The position numbers were made by a program, and so were the translations under genes. 64,000 bases of DNA from assembly GCA_951406725.2 (NCBI GenBank), contig OX597823.1, positions 70,556,001 through 70,620,000 on the forward strand, written 5' to 3'. Origin of the DNA: Octopus vulgaris. Lineage: Eukaryota. The notes beneath the pieces were generated by a model, which worked only from the letters and a program-made list of their open reading frames with translations, did no database searches and was not told the origin of the DNA. Positions 40,287 to 53,700 of the stretch are shown one piece after another (the stretch's first letter is position 1; every line of letters begins with the position of its first letter).

Positions 40287-40713
40287 GTATTTCTTTATTA
40301 CCCACAAGGGGCTAAACATAGAGGGGAAAAACAAGGACAGAAAAAGGGCTTAAGTCGATTATATCGACACCAGTGCGTAATTGGTACTTAATTTATCGGC
40401 CCCGAAAGGATGAAAGGCAAAGTCGATCTCGGCGGAATTTGAACTCAGAACATAAAGGCAGACGAAATACCTATTTCTATTTCTTTACTGCCCACAAGGG
40501 GCTACACACAGAGGGGACAAACAAAGACAGACAAACGGATTAAGTCGATTACATCGACCCCAGTGCGTAACTGGTACTTATTTAATCGACCCCGAAAGGA
40601 TGAAAGGCAAAGTCGACCTCAGCGGAATTTGAACTCAGAACATAGCGGCAGACGAAATACCGCTAAGCATTTCGCCCGGTGTGCTAACGTTTCTGCCAGC
40701 TCGCCGCCTTACA
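40287..40713 (-). mobile_element. SINE family C as a partial tandem dimer
   Basis: Two ~180-bp units enclosed by a single 11-bp TSD tttcattcatc (40276-40286, 40714-40724). Confidence 0.85.
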
Positions 40714-40822
40714 TTTCATTCATCTTGAGGTTTTCATCCATCTTGAGGAGTAACTAAACGTCACAGGGAGGAAGATCTGTACTGTAAAGAAGGTGAGAGA
40801 CAGTTTTCTTACACTTGCCACA

Positions 40823-41203
40823 GTGGAGGCGCAATGGCCCAGTGGTAAGAGCTGCGGACTCGCAGTCGTAGGATCGCGGTTTCGATTCCAAGACTGGGCG
40901 TTGTGAATGTTTATTGAGCGAAAACACCTAAAGCTCCACGAGGCTCTGACAGGGGGTATTGGCGAATTCTGCTGTCCTCTTCTACCACAACTTTCTCTCA
41001 CACTTTCTTCCTGTTTCTGTTGTACCTGTATTTCAAAGGGCCAGCCTTGTCACACTCTGTGTCATGCTGAACCTCCCCGAGGACTACGTTAAGGGTACAC
41101 GTGTCTGTGGAGTGCTCAGCCGCTTGCACGTTAATTTCACGAGCAGGCTGTTCCGTTGATCAGATCAACTGGAACCCTTGTCGTCGTAACCGACGGAGTG
41201 CCA
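40823..41203 (+). mobile_element. tRNA-Arg-like SINE (tail variant B), more diverged
   Basis: Homologous to 13031-13415; TSD gccaca (40817-40822, 41204-41209). Confidence 0.9.
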
Positions 41204-42040
41204 GCCACACTTTCCACACCAACTCCATACTTATGCTTATTGTCTTTATAAACATACGACGGTTCTCACTCCCAAAATTGCAAATTTTCTCAACCAGCTC
41301 TGATGTTTTGACATCCATCTCCCTCCCGCACCTATCATCGTTTCTCACCTTCTGTCTACCGTCCTTGGAATACAGATGCTCGGATCATACATGTTAATCC
41401 ATAAGTTTCTGTAGTGTTTTTGCCCAGTTTAACACAAGATTTTATTTTATCGTTAGCTTCCAAATTGCCTTTACGTTCCGACCGCATTCTGGAAGCTAGT
41501 CGGCTATGATAGCTAGTGTTCAGTAGGGTATGTTCAAAGAGCTGCTACACCCGTCTCCTTCACTCTAGAATAATAAGTTGGCAGGTCAAATTATTAGATA
41601 ATGATAATTATTAGTAATGATATCTAAAATAACAATAATCTGACACTTATAACTTGTCTCTCCTAAAAAAGTATCGAACTTTCTCGAATGCTGCAATTCT
41701 GTAGTAATGCAAATTGTATTAACCAAACATTCTTTTTAACTTTTTTCTATTTATGAAAACTTGTTAACTGATCAAAGCAGTTTTGAGTCGAATATGCTTC
41801 CAAATTCTCCTTATAAGCTTAAAAATTCAATTTTTTGTGAAATTAATTTTAACTTTATGAATTTATCTTCCCTTGCATGTGAAAATAAATAGCAATTACC
41901 ACGAGGTTTTGTCTTCCTCAAATTTCGATTCTTGAAGATTTTTTTTACTTTTGCTTAATTATCTACATTAATTATCTAAATTATTATCATAGGCCTATTT
42001 AATTCATTCCTCTTAGTTTAGTTTTCGTAATTATAACAAA

Positions 42041-42440
42041 CTAGCGGGACCCATGAATATTTCGTGGAATTAATGATAAACCTATTGGATTATTTCTGAA
42101 AACTTTATCCAAAAAACCTGAAAGCGTAGGCTGTATTGTGTCTGCACCAAAAGATAGTCGCTCATCTGCTAATCATTGTAAAGGAAATTGGAAAACGATA
42201 ATTACTTAAAGCACTTTATATATACACTTTATATACTTTATACACAATTTTATAGACTTAATACACAATACTCCCTCTTTCTCTCTCACTCTTCGCATTA
42301 CTCTCTTTTTCTCTCTCCTTTTTCTTTCGCTCTTCACCTTCCCCTTCACATAATCATATGAAAGCTTTACAGACGGGCTAAGTAACAGAGAGAAAAAAAA
42401 ATCTTAGTTAAAAAATTACACATTTCACTCACCACCACCT
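42041..42440 (-). mobile_element. Non-autonomous Helitron-like element (copy 2)
   Basis: Inverted homolog of 9108-9566; minus strand ends hairpin + CTAG|T. Confidence 0.65.
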
Positions 42441-43178
42441 GTTCCTCTCTTCCCCATATCTCCCGCAGTGACAAGCAAAATCATTATAAGATTACACTTG
42501 CAAAAATGTTCGTAACTCTTTTTCTACTGGCAGAAGCCTCTGTCAAATTATCAAAGCAGGATAGAGTAAACTATGTTATATCAATGAGGCTGAATATCAT
42601 GAAGATAATTCAGTAGTTGTCATTTTACCCAGCAACCAAAGATCAGAATTGTACCCACTGCGCAAACATTGAATTTCCTGTGAGACTGAATTCTTAATTT
42701 ATTCAAATGGACCTTCATTATCTATGAGAGATATTAAAAATTACCACTAGATTTTTGTGTTCTTTCTCCAACTAAAAAGAACATTTCATTTCATTAACAT
42801 TTTTTCCGTTCGTCATTGTATACGCTATTGCCCATCATTTGAATTATATAGGTTCATGCCATTGCTTCACTTGAGTTATTTCCATCAGCTCTCTTAATAG
42901 TAATTAAAATAATATCGAATTTGTAATTCTTGCACTCACTTTTGACATTGACCTTGAAAACCATCTCGACCTGCCATTCACATTTATGCAATCTCAGGGC
43001 AATGTAATTATTTCTGCCAAGAACTACGCCTAGTGCTGCAGATACTGTGACATTATCGAAAAAAGATAGCAACATTGATGTTATGCGGTGTTAAAACTTC
43101 TCTTTTAAATCTTTATATATCCATATAATCCGATTATAATTCAGATAAATTTATATATGTATATAAAGTATAAATATG

Positions 43179-43228
<50 letters not shown>

Positions 43229-43229
<1 letters not shown>

Positions 43230-43455
43230 TTTATTTAAAGCAGCAGAAAATTCAACAAAATCTGTTACTCTGAGTTTCTCGTTGCCGTTCATCAGACAGT
43301 TTTTTCTAGCAAAAACTGTCTGATGAACGGCAACGAGAAACTCAGAGTAACAGATTTTGTTGAATTTTCTGCTGCTTTAAATAAAGCATATTACTCTACC
43401 ACTGGTATTTGAGTACTCTTTTTTCCACCTTGTTTCACATTTATGTGTTTACTCC

Positions 43456-43457
<2 letters not shown>
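43229..43457. mobile_element. Palindromic Penelope-type terminal fragment in (TA)n
   Basis: 43229-43386 is a 158-bp palindrome (1 mismatch, centre CTAG). The right arm continues to (TA)n at 43458. Confidence 0.85.
43312..43358 (+). ncRNA. Minimal type I hammerhead ribozyme (mirror copy on minus strand 43257-43303)
   Basis: aaaactgt CTGATGA a-cg-gcaa-cg-a GAAA ctc-a-gag TA acagatttt: stem I, intact core, GCAA-capped stem II, short stem III, GUA triplet. Predicted cut after 43349. Confidence 0.75.
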
Positions 43458-43509
<52 letters not shown>

Positions 43510-43521
<12 letters not shown>

Positions 43522-44504
43522 AAAGAATGTGTGTATGTCTGTGTGTTTCCCTAAAACTTGAGAACTACCCAACCAATTTCATTCAAATTTTACACATGCC
43601 TTACTTAGGGTCCATGTAGTTTCATGGGCAAGAAAAATGTTCAACTTCTTGCCTAGGGCGAGCCCATAGCAATATCATAACTTCTCTTACGTGTTAAAAG
43701 TGAACAAAAACATTTCTCTATTTTATGTCAGATACTTTCACTTTAACAATAAAAATTAGAGATAATAATTACAATTGAATTATATGTAGTAAGTAATAAT
43801 TAAAATCAAACTAAAGTATAATATAATCATTAAATCGTAACATAACAATTAAAAGTAAAAATAGCAATTGGTATAAAATTGCATCAATGACTTCAACTTG
43901 AATAAGTGGTTTCACATGAATGGGAATAAATTAAAAATAAAATTTGTGTGCAGAAATGGAATAGTCCAGATGGAGCTGTGCACATACCCATTACCACGGC
44001 TTTTACATTAGATTATTTGCTAATTAGCTAGCATTAAGTATCTATATGAAGTTTGGCTGTATGTAATGTGTTTTCTCGAACAGCTGCTTCTACTGAGTAC
44101 TGCTGTTGGTTTATTTCTTATACATAAAGGACTATAGCTTCAACTGCGTACTGCTTTTTGATTCACCGTAAGGTTTGTTGTTATTATTATTACTGTTTAA
44201 CTATTGTTATCACGTTTGTTGGTTCCTCGTAAGGGAAACGTTGTCGTGTTGCTTTTGTTAAATAATTGTAAACCGTAACCCTCCCTATTTGGGAGAAGGA
44301 GCTTTGGTTATTGTTTAAAAATTGAATTGTGTCCCTGTTTGGAGAAATTGACAATATTTTCACCGTTTATACGGAAGCATTTTTGTTAAAATGCCTTCGA
44401 TAGAAGAAAGTCTAAAAATGAATTTCGCTGCAGCCGTCAGCGGGCGCGAACTCATTAAAATTAAAATGGAAGAAATACATACCTATTTCGGGTCATAATG
44501 CTAG
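43510..44504 (+). mobile_element. Non-autonomous Helitron-like element
   Basis: 5' tataatataaaag..tgtgtgtatgtctgt..ccaatttcattcaaattttacac, typical of Helitron left ends; ends cgggtcataatgCTAG|T. Confidence 0.55.
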
Positions 44505-44658
44505 TATATGTATATATATATATACACACACACATATATATGTATATATGTATATATATGTAACATATATATATATATATTTATATATATATATATATAT
44601 TGAATTGAAATAGTCTCAGTTCACGATGTGTGACGATGTTGGGGAATCGGTATTTCTA

Positions 44659-44728
<70 letters not shown>

Positions 44729-44970
44729 CATATATAAATTAGAGATAAAACCACTATTATGCAATTCAAACAGTGATAGACATAAACCAAACATAAATAA
44801 CAAATAATATATATTTTTATAAAACATATAACTATAACTAGATCTCAAAAAGTATAAAAATGAATGATCAATATATAATAAGTAAAAAACTACGTATATA
44901 TTTATATTTATATTGTGAAATTTGATTTAATTCTAAATTGAATTTTTCTCTGTAAGTTTGAAGTTATACT

Positions 44971-45030
<60 letters not shown>

Positions 45031-45034
<4 letters not shown>

Positions 45035-45390
45035 CGGAGATGTACTCGCATAAAGTTTGATCTGAGATCGTGTGCTGAAACGAAAACAATTGCAGCGTGG
45101 AAGGTGTTTATAAGCCATTTAAGAAACACACAAAAGCCGTTCGATTCACTTCAACATTTAAGTTTAATTTGTCAAAATATTTTCGTCGCTAAAATCCGCG
45201 ACCTGTTCACTGACAAAGTCCGTGCTGCATCTAAGCTTAGATGCAGCACGGACTTTGTCAGTGAACAGGTCGCGGATTTTAGCGACGAAAATATTTTGAC
45301 AAATTAAACTTAAATGTTGAAGTGAATCGAACGGCTTTTGTGTGTTTCTTAAATGGCTTATAAACACCTTCCACGCTGCAATTGTTGTGT
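45031..45390. mobile_element. Palindromic element in (TA)n; perfect 302-bp palindrome 45085-45386
   Basis: Centre ctaag|cttag at 45235/45236. Identical ORFs on both strands (45104+, 45164-). Confidence 0.9.
45254..45303 (+). ncRNA. Type I hammerhead ribozyme variant with G3-C8 swap (mirror copy 45168-45217 minus)
   Basis: tttgtca GTGAACA g gtcgc-ggatttta-gcgac GAA AATATT T tgacaaa: 7-bp stem I, 5-bp stem II, palindromic stem III, UUU triplet. Confidence 0.65.
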
Positions 45391-45409
45391 TATATATATA
45401 TATATATAT

Positions 45410-45944
<535 letters not shown>

Positions 45945-46458
45945 CTTAACTGATTGGAAGTGTTATCATGTACATTGTTTTGTCTTGGTATAAAAGATGG
46001 GCTACAGCAAATATTCTGCTCAATACCACAGATTTGCTTGTCAGTTGTTTGACCTTAACCAGTTGAGCATGTCCCTTAGTGGCTGACGATATGTGCATCT
46101 CTGATCACGAGCAGAAGTAGTGGGGGAGTATCATAGCCATGTGTTGAGAGGGATTCTTTGGGGTTTGAATAGTTCACCTCTGGAAACATGGGTGGTTCTT
46201 TCAACATCCTTAAGCAACCCTTATTCAGGGACCGTTTGAGCGGGATGGGCTACTCAACCTGAAGAAAATTCTAACTGGGCCCCACCTGCAAGGTCATGTG
46301 CTGTTTATCTTGATATGAGATCACCATGTCGCGCACATATGGTTGTGATGCATGTACCTGGTGTACCTTTATCAGACGGGTAGTCATGATGGGTATATTG
46401 GGCTTCGTATATTTTACCCCAGTGTCACTTTGATGGCATGAACTGCTCTCTCACTCAA
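45945..46458. mobile_element. ~500-bp interspersed repeat bounded by (AAT)n; second copy 55838-56290
   Basis: Collinear similarity between the two copies over ~450 bp. Confidence 0.75.
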
Positions 46459-46479
46459 TAATAATAATAATAATAATAA

Positions 46480-46695
46480 AGGTGGAAAGCCGGCAGAAGC
46501 GTTAGCATGCCAGACATAATGCTTAGCTGTGTTTCGTTCATCTTTACGTTATGAGTTTAAATTCCGCCGAGGTCGACTTTGTCTTTCATCTATTCGGGGT
46601 CCATTAATAAAGTACCAGTCGAGCATTGAGGTCGATGTAATCGACTAGCCCCCACCTTCCCCCCATAATTCAGGCCTTTTGTTTATAAAAGATAG
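46480..46695 (+). mobile_element. SINE family C
   Basis: Core ccgccgaggtcgactttgtctttcatc; followed by (ATT)n. Confidence 0.75.
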
Positions 46696-46696
46696 G

Positions 46697-46747
<51 letters not shown>

Positions 46748-46760
46748 GTTGTTGTTGTTG

Positions 46761-46795
<35 letters not shown>

Positions 46796-46830
46796 ATATT
46801 TTTTATTATTATCATCATTCAGTGGTCTTA

Positions 46831-46894
<64 letters not shown>

Positions 46895-46901
46895 CATTCT
46901 T

Positions 46902-46994
<93 letters not shown>
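46697..46994. repeat. (ATT)n/(GTT)n microsatellite
   Basis: Directly visible. Confidence 0.95.
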
Positions 46995-46996
<2 letters not shown>

Positions 46997-47147
46997 AGGG
47001 GATAAGATTACAGGTTGCGAGATGCATTTAGCAATCTCCTTTTCTTACCAGATGAAGGTGTTGCCATTGTGCCGGTAGAGGGAGAGGGAGGAAGGGGATA
47101 GAGAGAGAGGGAGGAGGGAGTAGAGAGAGGGAAAGAGGTAGAGATAG

Positions 47148-47178
<31 letters not shown>

Positions 47179-47399
47179 GAGAGAGAGTGAGAGAGGATCA
47201 AGGAAGAAAAAAACGGTCTCCACGTCGAGTAGATGTTCCTTCTGTTTCTTTTTGCGGTGTAACCTGCTCCTCTTTCTTCTGTGATTAAGGAAAAGATGAA
47301 TTTTTTAATTTTTACTTTTTTCTTTAACCTGTGTTCGCTTTATTCTCATCACAAACTACTTCTGCTCATAACTGTGGTAACATATCTAACATTGAAATA

Positions 47400-49440
47400 A
47401 TCGCTAGCGATCTATAAGACTGTTTATTGGTGAGAGAAATGCGGTTGCATATGTGAAGACGGTTAAGCAGGTCGCGAAACTTCAAGCTATTAACGATCTA
47501 TAGGATATGAACGAAACCGTAGGGTATTAACGGGTATTAGCGAGTTTATGCCGCCATATTTAGAGGAGATAGCGTTGGCGCCGCATTTACAGATAAGCGA
47601 AGAAGCTAGTTTGATGCAGGAAGAAAAGAAGCCAGGTTAAAAGAAGCTTTTACAGATTAATGTTTGTGATTTACGGGGGGCTAGGTTGAACTAAATAAAC
47701 CAAGGAATAAGTGGATGTGTTCGTTAACTTGTTCACCAACGAGGTTGGTTTGAATGGCTGGATACACTGGAGAAGGGCTGGGGAGGTCAGTCAAGCTGGC
47801 GTTTGTGACTAGCTTCCCCGATCACATTTCAATATAGCTACACAGTCGCGGGATATCGGGATCATGGCTACTGGATTATTTAGTGATTAGATCCAAGAGT
47901 GCACAAAGCATTGCGGCAGTGACTACCGTGGAGCAGGGTGCAAGGAGAAGGCTAGTTGAAAGAAGCATGAGATCAGAAGAGAAAAGCGAGCGAGTGCGAG
48001 TTTTCAAGGAGCAGTGCTTCGAATGTCACAGGCTGCACATTGTCAGAGACTGCAAAGAGTCCACTTTATCCAGGCGATCCACTGCAGTTACGGAAACAAA
48101 GTAAAGTGGGGAGACTTGGTTGAAGAGAGAGCTGGTATCTGTCCCTTCAATCAAGTAGGGACGTACTTTTTGTCCCTGCCCGTGGTGAAAGTTCTAATGG
48201 GAAAAAAAAGCATGATGATGGTCCTGATCGATACAGCTTACACAATCATCCTCATAACATTAAGGTTGATGGATAGCAGGAATGGGATGAGCAGTTTAAG
48301 AGCATTTGATTGGAGGTAGCGAGTAATAAGGGTACCAGTCTGCTGGTTGAGAGTACACAGAAAGCGATTAAGGGTCAAAGTGATCGTAACAGAATACATT
48401 GTTGAAGGGATTGATGTAGCGAAATGGATGGATGTAATCAGAAGTTTGGAAAGCGTGCTTTTTGGTGAAGGAAAGTGTTTGGAGGTGTATGGTGTGCCTT
48501 GAGTGTGCAGCAGAAGAACCAGAACTGTGGAATTGTTAAAATGAGCCAGGAGAAAAAAGAATGGATGTTCCTTGTAAGTTTCAGGACAAAGAATTTATAT
48601 GCAGTGTTTGAGGGGAAAAGATGGATAGTCGAATAGCTGTGGGAAGGTAAGCATCTGGAGCTGAAGACTAAAGGGAGCCGCAGAAATGATTGTAAAGCGA
48701 CATCTGGGCATCTTAAGAAACTTGATCAAGGATTTTGAACTGCAGCTGCGAGTAGTCATTATGTCCTCAGAGAAAAATAAAACCGATATTTTTACTAGGG
48801 TGAGGAAAACCGGGGTGAGTGTGGAGGAACCGGAGTTGAAGAGGAACCATGATATGCATCACATAGATTGGAAATAACATTGCTTTTGGACTGAAAGGAT
48901 GACCCTGATGTCACTAGGAAGAGTGGCTTGATGTGGTGACTGGTGTTAGTCAATCAATACTACACTGTGTTTGAGAGGGGGTGGGGAAACCTGAGTGAGA
49001 AGCAGTTGGAAGAGGTTTGCGGTAGATGTGACGTACTATCGGCAAGGGTTGTATCTCACAATGATTGGCTGTTGGCCCGAGTGAGAAGATATAGAGAGGA
49101 AATTTAGGACAGTTGAAATTACTAGTGTTTTGAACTTGATATTTCTGGAGAATGGGCCAATGGATAAGGTGCTGATGGACATCAGTTTCGTGTTTCAGAA
49201 ACGCGGAGCTGTTGCCCACAGCGCCTTATCTCTCTCAGTGAGATGCAGGGTAAGTGGAGAGTTGGGCGCTACTTTAGAACCGCTTTCAGATACAAGAGGA
49301 AATAGAATCATCGAGGAGAACCATCATACAATTAAAGTGGTAGCCGAAAGAGAGCATACCTTCTTGATAGAGGCAGTATTCTGCTACATGTCGCCTCGAT
49401 CAGGTCATGCGGTGGAGTCGGTACTCCAGGGAGCATTATT
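47400..49440 (+). mobile_element. Decayed Gypsy-like LTR retrotransposon internal region
   Basis: Gag knuckle CFEC..HIVRDC, protease VLIDT(A), integrase GNRIIEENHHTIK (cf. NGxVERxxRTIK), in Gypsy order. RT apparently deleted. Confidence 0.6.
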
Positions 49441-49699
49441 ACAACAATAGCTATAACCAAAAAAATCACCAGTGACGACAACAATAGTGATAGCAACAAC
49501 AGCACCATTAACAACAACAACAACAACAGTATTAATAACGACAGCAACAACATCAGCAACAACAACTACAGCAGTGACAACATTAACAACGAAAGGAACG
49601 AAAACAGTAACAACTACATCAACAACAAGAACAGCAACAACAGTGATAATCACATGAATAACGATGACGTCACACTAAGTGATAGGAGCAACCCCACGG

Positions 49700-52080
49700 C
49701 CATGTAATCTTTTGCAGGCATGGCGTCGAAGTCAACAAAATAATTTTCGCTCTCCTAAACTACAAGGAGGAATATCTGACACAGTTGAAATTCCAGCTGA
49801 GGTCTTGGCAGCAACTGCCCAGAAAACGGTGTTATATCTCTGAGCGTCGGTGAAAATCCGACGATCAGAAGTAGCAATTCACACCCAGATTGTAAAAGCT
49901 TCAAAGAAATATAGGCCAAGGTTGTTCGGAAGAGTGGAAGTATTTTTTAAGAATGCGGACTTCATACTGAGCACTCCATAGTTGATATACGAATTGTCTG
50001 ACGTATTTAGGAAGAATTACCTGTCGTGTTAAAATAGAGTGAATTCCATTACTGTTGGATATCCTGTTTTGGCCTGTTTTGTCCTGGAGGGCGGCATCAC
50101 CTTCTGTGATGTACAACGAACTAAGCGGGCGTTTTGGCTTGTAACAACACTGGAGATCCACCTTCAGAGCAAACTGGAAGATGTAGAAATGTTCTAGACC
50201 TTATTCGCCTGCCCAAAGGTGTAGAGCTATTTGTTGCAGATAAAGGTAGAAGCCAAGATGCCACTTTTGTGGTGCTGAAAACCGCTTAAAACAGCTGTGA
50301 CAACTACTCGTTTAAGTAGTTAAGTGGCAGCAGTATCAACATCCACAGTGACAGCAAGACCACTAACAACTGAACCAGAGCCTATCACCCAGGAAAATGT
50401 CCATCCTACTCGCTTTCTCTCTTCCGCTCTTTCAAACACAAACATATACATGGACACATGCAAAAACAGGTCTTCATCCTCACTTGCATCGGATCATTCT
50501 GACGTAGAAAAATTGTCTTGCAAGGAGAAAGGGCAACCAAGAAAATAAAAACAAAAGAAAAACAATAAACTTTAAAAGGAAATGCTATGCTTCCTCAAAA
50601 CGAATCCCACAATCATGACAGCATCACCTAAACCATAACCACACGAAACACAGAAAAAATCACAACTCCACCACCTACATCACCAACACTCACCTCAACA
50701 AAGAGGTAACACAGAAGAACGGTACCAGCAGAGAGGCCTACAAACACAGTGTCAACAAAATACAACCACCCCACTGTTTTTGCTGAAAAGAATACAAATC
50801 AAAAGGAAAACATTGAAAAAGAGGCATGGACCTGCTAGTACCACAAAACTGCTGGTCCTTACGATGGGGTTGCCACGCCATTGGGGAAAATTACTCTTCA
50901 TTGTTTTGTATGTCTCTAGCCGTAGGTGTCTAAAGAACTTTTCAGTTTCATAAAGTCCAAGTCACCCAGTCTATTGACCACCAAATGGTCATATAAACAA
51001 GCTCATTTTCTCTTCCCTTTCTACCAGCATGGCAGCTCTGAGAGTGAGGTGTATAAATGGACGTGACCTGGGGTCACCCTGAGTTCAATGATATCAGGTC
51101 ACGAGGTCTGAATGCGATGACCATCAGTGACAGAAGGATTTCTGGCACATACTTCTTAGTACCCACTTTTAGCTACTTTGAGAACTTCATATCTCTTACT
51201 CGACCTGGAAATACAGGGCAAGATGGCGATGCTGTTTCAGAAAAGCCTGGATTTTGAACTTCCTGGACCCAGACGGTATGTTATTGGTTATGAATGTGTA
51301 CAGTAGCGAAGGTAGTACCTTAAGGCTAGTCGTCGTGTAAACCCCGACCAGGGCATGGTGGCTAGTTTTTCAGGCCCCAGGAGATTTTCCTGGGAAAGTC
51401 CCGCTTTTTAGTGCTAGTGGGCGACAGAAACACCATCCTGGATGTACACCTGGATTGTGTTGGGCTAGCAGCAGGACGATCTTCACAATGAATTCTGCCG
51501 GATCTGTCCTACACGCGACAGCAGTTGTTTGCCATGACCCTACAAGAAAGCAATGTTCGAGCACTGGACGAGTGCGCACAGAACAGTTTTGTCTCTTAGG
51601 GTGTATCTTGGGCAGGCACTGTTGACAGTACTATCATGCCTTTAGGGTTTATCTCGAACTAGCAATGTCCCACCTCGGAAGCATTATCAAGCTAAAGATT
51701 TCTGGAAATTCTGCATGTGACCTGGCCTGTAAGTCTTCCGGAACAGAGAAGTCAGTTGATTATTGTTGACAATCAGAATTGCATTGAAAATGTCATCGCC
51801 CTTGCCCACCATTAAATCTCTATAAAACGCCAGGCAAAGGGATGTGAGGTCCTGATGACATTCTGAGTATCAAGCACTCTGCCTCGGTCTAAGCTTGATT
51901 CAAGACTGCAGTTCTGTGACAGAAACGAACGGCGGAAAAGCGAGTTTGACAAAAGACGACAACACCTGCTCACTGTCAAGGAAACATTGGAAATGCTGTA
52001 GCCTCAGTCTCAACGGATGTGTGTGTATCGTTAGCCATAGCATTCTTAGTCCTTCAATCAGCGGTGGATTGAAGAGTTAG
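49700..52080 (+). mobile_element. Decayed L1/Tx1-like LINE (ORF1 knuckle and AP endonuclease)
   Basis: KPRCHFCG knuckle at ~50240; FLDPDGMLLVMNV..LRLVVV*TP (cf. GR....RLxNVYAP) at ~51260-51345. Confidence 0.45.
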
Positions 52081-53254
52081 GTCCCAAAACTTCACAAAGC
52101 AGCTACTGACTAGACTTATCGAATGTGCCATTCCAGGTCATATCTACAGAATACTCAATATTTTGTTGAGGATGAATTTCGTTGTCGTTTCGACGAAATT
52201 GTTCCCTCTCACCTATTTTTGTTGCTTTATGTTGAATTTTCTTTTCCTGTGATTTTTTCCTCTTTGTATTTTCATCAACCATTTGGAATTTTCTTCTGTA
52301 ATTATCATTTCTTTCTCATCATAACATGAAGGCGTGGTACTACAGCTTGATATTGTTAGGGAACGGGATAGCTGCTCATCAGTTTCTAGTGTTTTGGTTG
52401 GTGGTGCTCTGGCGGTGCTCTAGTTTTTTGGTTCATGCATTTTTTTTTATTAATTTTCATTTTCTAATTTTTCTTCCTTGTTTTTTGTTAGTTTTTAGTC
52501 CTTCAGGTATTCATCTCTAAAGTGAGTTTTATTCCGACTAATATAGATTCGAAGCTTGTATTACTATTCTTATTCCTTTGTCCCGGCGCTTTCTACAAGG
52601 TACAGTTATGGTATGGATCTATGATCTTCGGTTGTTATTAGGACATGTAAATCCATTTTGAAGTCACTTCACCACGGGCCAACTTTCACAAAGCATGCTT
52701 TGACTACCCCCATCTCTCCATTCCGTACTACGAAGCAAAAATCACTGCTAACCATGGATATACGTCGTTTCTTATGCCTCTTATTAGGACTTTTGAATGT
52801 CTTTACCCATATACTGAAGCACAAATGAATAGGTAGAGACATGTCTCACAATTTCAGCCTATTTTGTTTGTATTTTCAGTTTTAGAGGTGTATCAAATAA
52901 CTTTTGCCGTTATCAATGGAAAGAAATTCTTTGAATATTCCCGAAGTGCCTGTCATATTACTTGACGTGAGGGACATTAATCTACTTCCATATCTTTGTA
53001 AGAGGAGATGTATAATTTTTCCCTTTGCCCTTTCTTGATTTAACAAAGAAATGCTTTTCGGTTTTATGAAATTCTCCTACTTATATCTGTGATAGGTCTA
53101 AAAATTCCATTAAATTAAATTCTCCGACTTAAATCTGTGATAGGTCTAACAATTCCATTAATTCATATTTCATTAAAGGAAAGTATGCCTTCACACAATT
53201 GCTTAATGAACAGGACACAATATTTGATTGCATACGGGAGTCGTTACCTCTATT

Positions 53255-53700
53255 GTTGTTATAACTGTTGCTGTGCATTATTTACATTCAACGGATATTT
53301 GTCCTCATCTTGTTTGTTGTTAACAACGTTTCGGCTGATATACCCTCCAGCCTTCTTCAGGTGTCTTGGGGAAATTTCGAACCTAGGTTCTCACCCCTAA
53401 GGTATATTTTTCGATGTTATTATCATTATTATTATTATTGGAATCGAACTTTTGAATCTTGGGCTTAGTAGCCCGCGCTCTTAACCACTACCCCACATGC
53501 CCGTAGTGAATTTTAGGGCTTATAAATCTAATATTTTTCTATCCTTCCTTAATACCAGTTCCCATATGCTGCTCATATCTGCACTTGGTCTGCTTAGGAG
53601 GTTATGTCCTAACATATGAGCTGCTTCTTTTAGTTTCCGTATTTTCCAGTGGTGTTCTCTGTCTATTATTTTATTGTTGAATGTAAATAATGCACATAAT
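53255..53700 (-). mobile_element. Penelope-like element 3' fragments
   Basis: KIIDREHHWKIRKLKEAAHM (GIY-YIG C-terminus) upstream of a hammerhead motif on the same strand. Confidence 0.65.
53323..53365 (-). ncRNA. Minimal type I hammerhead ribozyme
   Basis: gacac CTGAAGA a ggctg-gagggtatat-cagcc GAA ACGT T gt; stem I shortened. Confidence 0.65.

Larger units (their letters stand above)
40046..41560 (-). mobile_element. Mariner remnant hosting two SINE insertions
   Basis: KGSRFEDIQKLEEAV...ERYKCIDVRGCYFEG (mariner C-terminus) at ~40120-40270. The right boundary is uncertain. Confidence 0.55.

Noticed and set aside
45104-45367. Identical 67-aa ORFs on both strands
   Set aside because: A by-product of the palindrome; GTG start and no recognisable domain.
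49332-49657. Thr-rich mucin-like ORFs (also 7-264 and 2257-2484)
   Set aside because: Degenerate (ACA)n repeats without splice context or flanking domains.
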